Below are positions 36,020-42,095 of a stretch of 42,095 nucleotides of DNA, in pieces. Within the stretch, counting starts at the first letter, position 1. Each line of letters opens with the position of its first letter. The notes beneath the pieces are model-generated. The model searched no databases and was not told the origin of the DNA. It saw only the letters and a list, made by a program, of their open reading frames with translations. The position numbers and the translations under genes are program-made. This DNA is from Octopus bimaculoides (lineage: Eukaryota), in NCBI RefSeq assembly GCF_001194135.2, contig NC_068992.1:45948041-45990135 (forward strand), in the 5' to 3' direction.

Positions 36020-38384
36020 ACAGAGTGCAAAATATACTGCCAAGAAATGTAATATAATGCCAGCAGCACGTTTGAACACTTGACAGTGAGCAAGTAAAGT
36101 AGATTATTACCTTATCCACATAGCCATCTAATGACTATAAGGGGTTAAGGAAGAAGGTCCAAGCTTGAATTTATAATACATACATATTTATATATATATA
36201 TATATCTTTTGCTCGGTCAAGCACTATATATATACACACTCAGCAATAATATTTAATATTTAGCTACATTACCATGCTACTGTTAGCTGTGATACTTAAA
36301 CTGTGGAACCTCTGTGAATTGTAAAGATAGCTGAAGACATCTGGTAATATTAAGAAATTCTTCATTTCTATAATTTACATTAAACTTCTCCCTTTCCATG
36401 TGAATGATGAGCATTTCAATGTTATTAGCTTCATTTTCTGCTGACATAAATCTCTGGCACTGACATAGCAGAGAGATCTGCTTTGTATAAAGGTTTACAC
36501 CCTTATCTACATATCGAACTTGACTGAGAACAATGGAATATGTGACATACAAATTAATGGATTCTCCCAAAAGGCTATGCAAGATTCATTGATACATAAC
36601 TTTATTTCATACTAAACTTTGACATAACAATATTTCACTGAAATCACACATTTCTGCCTTTTACACGGCCTTCAAATGGATAAATCAATTTGAAGGGATG
36701 GTGTTATGAAAAGTCAGTCATTAGAGAAGCTGTTAGAGTAGACGAGGAGGTAAAGTAAGTACAAGCTGGTCTTATATTCCATTACCTTTAATAATACAAT
36801 TATGTTTTGAATTTCTTTAATTAGATCAATCATACTGTTTTCATATGTTAACGCACACACACACACACAGAGGCCTTATGCCAAAATTTGCAAACAATAT
36901 ATCTGTGTGCACATGTGTGTGTGTACATACAGACACATGCATATAAACACTTACATATATACATGTATACATATAAATCTCATCCTCATCATTTAATCTC
37001 CATATGACATGGTGACGTAGAATGGACAGTTTGAAATGATATTCCATGTCAGATCATGCCTTTCCTGCCAGATAAGCCTCTTGAACAGGACAGATTTGTG
37101 CAATTTTTTGCCAAAAATCTTCATTGAGATTTTTTTTTTTTTTACCTTTTAAATTATTTACATGTCTGTTTGACCTTTTCATATGACTTTATTCATTAAA
37201 ACTTCAGTCATAAGTTCTTCCAACTTTGGTTATCATGATGCTTTGCTTTCATTTGTTTAATAAAATTTCCTCCTCCTAATGATTTTACTTTCATTTTGTG
37301 ATAGACAGCTATCGTGCAGAAAATGCCAGCTATCATGCAGCTATCATGTATAAAATGCAAGCTTCCAAACCCTGTTTTCTGATTAAGTAAAACTGATTAA
37401 ACTTTAAACCTCAATAACATTTTTCTGCAATTTTTCATGAATAAATAAATAAATAAATAAATAAATAAATCGGGTTAAACGTGGAAAATTATTTCAATAC
37501 ACCAAATTTAAAAATTTTGATGTATTCTTAAAATCTCACAAAACGTGACAGCAACAGGGAATATCCTACAAATGTAGAGAGACAGATAGTTATAGGATGT
37601 GACGCACACACACACACTCACACACACAAACATTTACAAACGTACACAAGGTAATCACGAGGTTAAAACAGTGTATAGTAGACATATGTATGTATGTATG
37701 TATGTATGTATGTTTATGTATGTATGTGTGTGTGTTTGCATGAATGTTTCTTTGCAATGAACATCTGAAAAGCCACCTACCCCCTCTCTCCTTAAAGCTA
37801 CATATTCCTCATTCCTACCTTTCAGTGTGTGTGCACGTGTATTGTGCTTATGCATTTACGAAAGTATGTATGCAGTGTCACATGTATATAACAGCTGTAT
37901 TAACGTTATTATCCCATTGACACTCAATATTTGTCATGCACATAATGCGGTTCTCGCCATCCCTGATACAAAAAGATTCACGGAATAATTTTTTGTTTCT
38001 TTTTGAGCATATTTTCCGAACGTTTATACTGAAATCTTTTTGAAGAAATTATTGAACAATGTGCTTGAACTGAAATCTCTTTGCGTTTGATTCAAAAATG
38101 CATAAAATGAGTAGTGCAAGTAAAATAAAGTTCATCAATATTCAGAGAAATATTTAAAATTTGGATTTATACCCGCTATCCATGATAAACTTTCATCATG
38201 GGTGGAAAACTCGGATCTTGTGAATTTTCCAAAGTCGTCTCACCTTACCGTTGCTTTAAGTACATTTGTTTTCATATTCGTTTCCTACACATTTTTTTTA
38301 CATCCACAACACTGTTTTTTTTAATTTTGTTTCCGGGTAATATGGTAAACATTAACCAAATTTTAAATAACAAAAATTAAATAT

Positions 38385-38454
38385 CACAAGGGGGCATCAG
38401 GATTTTAGAAATCATTCGCAGGGGGCATAGCCAAAAATCAATTGAGACCCACTG
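38385..38454. mobile_element. Probable hAT (Charlie-like) transposon end
   Basis: gggggcatagccaaaaatcaattgagacccactg; its reverse, cagtgggtctcaa, resembles the hAT TIR cagtggttctcaac. The partner TIR was not found. Confidence 0.4.
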
Positions 38455-40039
38455 GCTTAGGACCTCGATGGATCTTAATCTGAGCCTGAGATATGATGAT
38501 GATGATTCTGCCTCTTCTGCTGCCACTACTGACAACAGCAATGATGAAGGTGATTTCTAACTAAAGCATAAGTTCATATGTTACGAAAAAAAGAATGGCT
38601 CAATCGAACTAATCCCAGTTGTTGGCTGGGGTTGTTTTATTAACTCTATAAAAGTGGAATGTAATGGTGGCTATAGCTGGAAGTGAACCAAAAAAAACCC
38701 AGAGAGAAAAACATGGCAAACTATATGAAGTTATTTTCTTTGACATTCTACTGAATACTCCATTGCAAGCACTTCAAATGAGGATTTCTGCATTACATTA
38801 ACAAACTCAAACTGCCAAAAGTGCTAAATTCTTCTTTCTTTTTATGATTCTATCAGAAAGAAGTGAGTGAAGAGATAGGGAAATGGAGGGACAGTGGAGG
38901 AGTGTGGGAAGGATATTGTCCTGTTTGAAGGGATTCAAGTATTTTTGATCTTTTGACTGAAATATAAATAAGCTAGGATGTCTCTTTAAATATGAAATGC
39001 CTTTTAAAGTTTAGCTTTACTCCTTTAAGCTCCTTTCTCTTTTTATTACATTTTCCTGCTGTTCTCTTTCTTATACTTGATTTTATTTCCTTCACTTTTG
39101 TGTTAGTATATGATGGTCATGCGTGGTGTGTGTGTGAGGATGTAATACTGGTGGGCTTTCAGTCATTATATATGCAAGCTTCCTTTCAGGGCATAACACC
39201 TGTTAAATCTAACAGCAACTTGTCACATTCAACTGCAATTTGGGAATGAAATATATATATGTGTGTGTGTGAAGAGTGAGAGAGAGAGTGAGCAAGAGAG
39301 AGAAAGGAAAAAAATAAGGAATTTTACTGAAATGAGAAGAAATAACAAAAAAAAAAAAAAGAAAAGAAAAGCCCAAAAGTAAAGGAAAACAGAAAATCAC
39401 TGTTGTCCATTGCTAATCATGCAATGGCTGTCAACAGACTGTAAGTGTTGAGTAGTTCCTGGTTATTGTAAGATTTGGAAGCTATGGATAACTGTTTTAA
39501 GTAGATGTGACTACCAAAACACTTTAACTTTGTGAAACCATGCAGTACAGCTTCATAACATGTGACACCACCACTATAACTATAACACTCAAAGATCATT
39601 TTTTTTTTTTCTTAGTGGAATTGGTTGTTATTGCTGTCCATAAGAAATGAAGTTCTGAAATATATGTCAACTAAACTACAACTTGTGGTGTAATTATTGT
39701 GGCTATGTTGTGCTTATATCATTCACTAAAGGTGTTCCAATTATGTGAGAAACTGAATATTCTGTCTTTGAATCTGTTTTACCAGTCTCCTCAGTAGATA
39801 TGTCAAAACTTATTCTATGTTCATAAATTATTTCTGTGTCTTTGTTGTAAAATAAATCATGTGATAGGTTAGAAATAAACCTGAAGTGAGACCAATAAGT
39901 TTTCAAATCAGTGGTTCTGTTTCCTGTAAAGTAACTTGTCAGCTTATATTTAGGAGCATAACCCCAATGTTATTCTACCAGGATATATCTCAACAACATA
40001 TTTTGTGTTTACATTTTATCAATATTAAATATGCTTGTA

Positions 40040-40490
40040 CACACAGAATTGTTTTGTAATCAAGTTGTGTGGTGTTGTAACTAATTATATCACACACGGT
40101 CTTATCGCTAATTCCTGTGTATGTTGCTATAACCTAATATTCCCCTCACTGAATTGTTGCTAATTATGTTCTGTGGTATTGTAGCTTATTACATCACACT
40201 GAATTGTTGCTAATTGTGGTCTATGGTGTTGTAATCAACTATATCACATACTAGGTTGTTGCTTATTATGGTCTGTAATCTTGTAACTAATTCTTTCATA
40301 CACTGAATTGTTGCTTTGTTCTTTTATGTATTGCAATTATATCACACGGAATTGTTGCTAATAACAGTCTGTGGTCTTTTAACAAAGTATATGCCACACT
40401 GAATTATTGCTAATTATGGCCAATGGTGTTGTAACTAATACTGTCACATACTGAACTGTTGCTAATCAGGCTTTATGGTGTTACCCCTAA
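40040..40490. repeat. Degenerate ~52-bp minisatellite, ~9 copies
   Basis: Approximate consensus ACTGAATTGTTGCTAATTATGGTCTGTGGTGTTGTAACTAATTATATCACAC; unit starts near 40148, 40198, 40250, 40302, 40346, 40398 and 40450. Confidence 0.9.
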
Positions 40491-40674
40491 ATACCATCTA
40501 AAACTGCTAAAGAACTGATATAGGTGCTGATGTGGGATAGCAGTTGCAAAATGTTTTCTTTAAATACTGATTCTAACATTGGAACATTAATGGTACTTAG
40601 AGTATTTTCTTTCACTTTGTCATGAGATATTCTTTGTTTTGACATTATTCATTAACCAACAATCAGCAATATTT

Positions 40675-40938
40675 GGTCAAGGTGCTGTCTTTCCTCCACC
40701 ACTTCATTCTTCTCTTCCTTTCATCAACAATCATGTCACTGACTTTCCATCCCAGCTTGAATCAGCTGGTCTTGACCTTGGGTACAGTAAGTGCCTTGAT
40801 GGAATAACACTCTTCCTATTCGAGAGAAGCAGATCTCTAGTCTGGGACACAATGTGCAGCATCATATTCTCCAGTTCCATCTTCACAACATTAGCTGCAA
40901 ACCCAAGTGTTCCATGTAACATGGAAGAGAGAAAAACT
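40675..40938 (+). mobile_element. CRE-clade-like RLE LINE fragment
   Basis: FPSQLESAGLDLGYSKCLDGITLFLFERSRSLVWDTMC..MEERK ~ PS.LEP.GLDRGDGKRPDGIT.FP...G..LVWD.TC..AEERK. Confidence 0.75.
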
Positions 40939-40959
40939 ATATATATATATGTATATATT

Positions 40960-41050
40960 TATGTGTGTGGTTTTGTGTCTTTGTTTGTCCCCCCACCATC
41001 ACTTGATAACTAATGTAGGTGTGTTTACGTCCCCATAAGAAGAACGATAA
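40960..41050 (+). mobile_element. SINE type A 3' module fragment
   Basis: tttgtccccccaccatcacttgataactaatgtaggtgtgtttacgtcccc. Confidence 0.45.
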
Positions 41051-42095
41051 AATTTGAAAATCTTTTGGTATTCGAGCCCTCATCAGAGGAAAGGACAGAC
41101 ATATATGGTACCAGAGTAGAAAAGGACAAATGTATACAATGTCAGACTCGGGCTAGATAAATGAATAATTTGTTCAAATGTGTCAGTTTTGAATCCTCAA
41201 CTGTCATTTTGTGCTTCATATGAAAACACTTTATCCTACATTGGCTCAGTTTTCCATGCTGTAGGGAAGCTGCTTCATTTAGACTGGCATCCTATCTTGG
41301 AGAGTAATTTATCTCCCATTCATCTAATGTTATAAAATCTGATCAAAGCAGCACCACCTTTGAATTTCACCTCCCACCTCTAAAATTTGGGAAGCATTTA
41401 TGCATACATACATACATACATACATAAATACATACACAGACACACACAGATATATATATACATATATATATATGTATATACATGTGAGTGTGTGTATTCT
41501 CTTGCAATTAATTATTGCAATCCTCTAAGTCTAAGTTAATCAGAACATGCTAGAATTATTCAGCATAAAATAGTAACAGCAGCAGCTGCAGTGACAACGA
41601 TAGCAACAACGACATGTTCTTATTATTTCATTATATAATTAAATAATCCTGCCAATAGCAGGTGTATATAATTTCCATATGATCACTTTCTGCTCTGTCT
41701 ATATAGCACATACAACCATCGACTTCTCTTGTCTCATGCTGAAAGCACAAATAACCATTCACTCTGAATAGCTGATTCCTGAATATCCGTCTCGGTGTGT
41801 TATTGCAGTTTCCTCTTGCTGTAGCATTGAAAATTGGTCGAAACTAATAAAGTGGCTTTAGTAAACAATTGCATGATGGAAGTCAATGTAGGGAGCTTTG
41901 GTGGTGGTGTTGGTAAAAAGGGATTGTAACTTAATAAAACACCAAATGATATATATATGAGTGTGTGTGTGTGTGTGTGTATTTGTGCATATTTACATGT
42001 ATGTATATACACACACATATGCATATTTATGTGTGTATATGTATGCGTGCTTGTAAATATATGTGTGTGTGTGTGTACATGTACATTATATATAT

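Noticed and set aside
39783-39880. Minus-strand 98-nt exon candidate FISNLSHDLFYNKDTEIIYEHRISFDISTEET
   Set aside because: Moderate donor, no homology, phase-incompatible with the neighbouring candidate.
40040-40490. CRISPR array
   Set aside because: The supposed spacers are homologous to each other, repeats are too degenerate, there are no cas genes, and the context is eukaryotic.
40639-41013. 124-aa ORF as a host gene
   Set aside because: Its core matches a CRE-like retroposon endonuclease with a decayed PD motif; the end runs into microsatellite and SINE sequence.
41055-41095. Third hammerhead on the minus strand (ctCTGATGAgggctcgaatacc..)
   Set aside because: GAAAC-GUH has decayed to aaaagatt and stem I does not form; at best a dead PLE relic.

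Overview
AT-rich, repeat-saturated eukaryotic scaffold with four N gaps. It is most likely from an Octopus genome; this is inferred from repeat families recalled from memory, and no search was run. No complete or recognisable protein-coding gene, rRNA, true tRNA or CRISPR array is present. Nearly all listed ORFs are microsatellite artefacts or retroposon remnants. Identifiable elements: several tRNA-headed SINE families; fragments of R4/Dong-like (x3), HERO-like, CRE-like, RTE-like and CR1/L2-like (x2) LINEs; a mariner remnant and a mariner MITE; a probable Helitron 5' end with a hairpin-rich ~205-bp repeat; a probable hAT end; 41-bp and ~52-bp minisatellites; and many microsatellites. The most notable structure is a ~126-bp inverted repeat at 5629-5988. 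Each arm carries a Penelope-type minimal hammerhead ribozyme motif, one intact and one mutated. A few short plus-strand segments with good splice signals (778-814, 1099-1123, 6740-6771) may be small exons of an unidentified host gene, at low confidence. Repeat boundaries are approximate and the SINE type letters A-D are my own labels.
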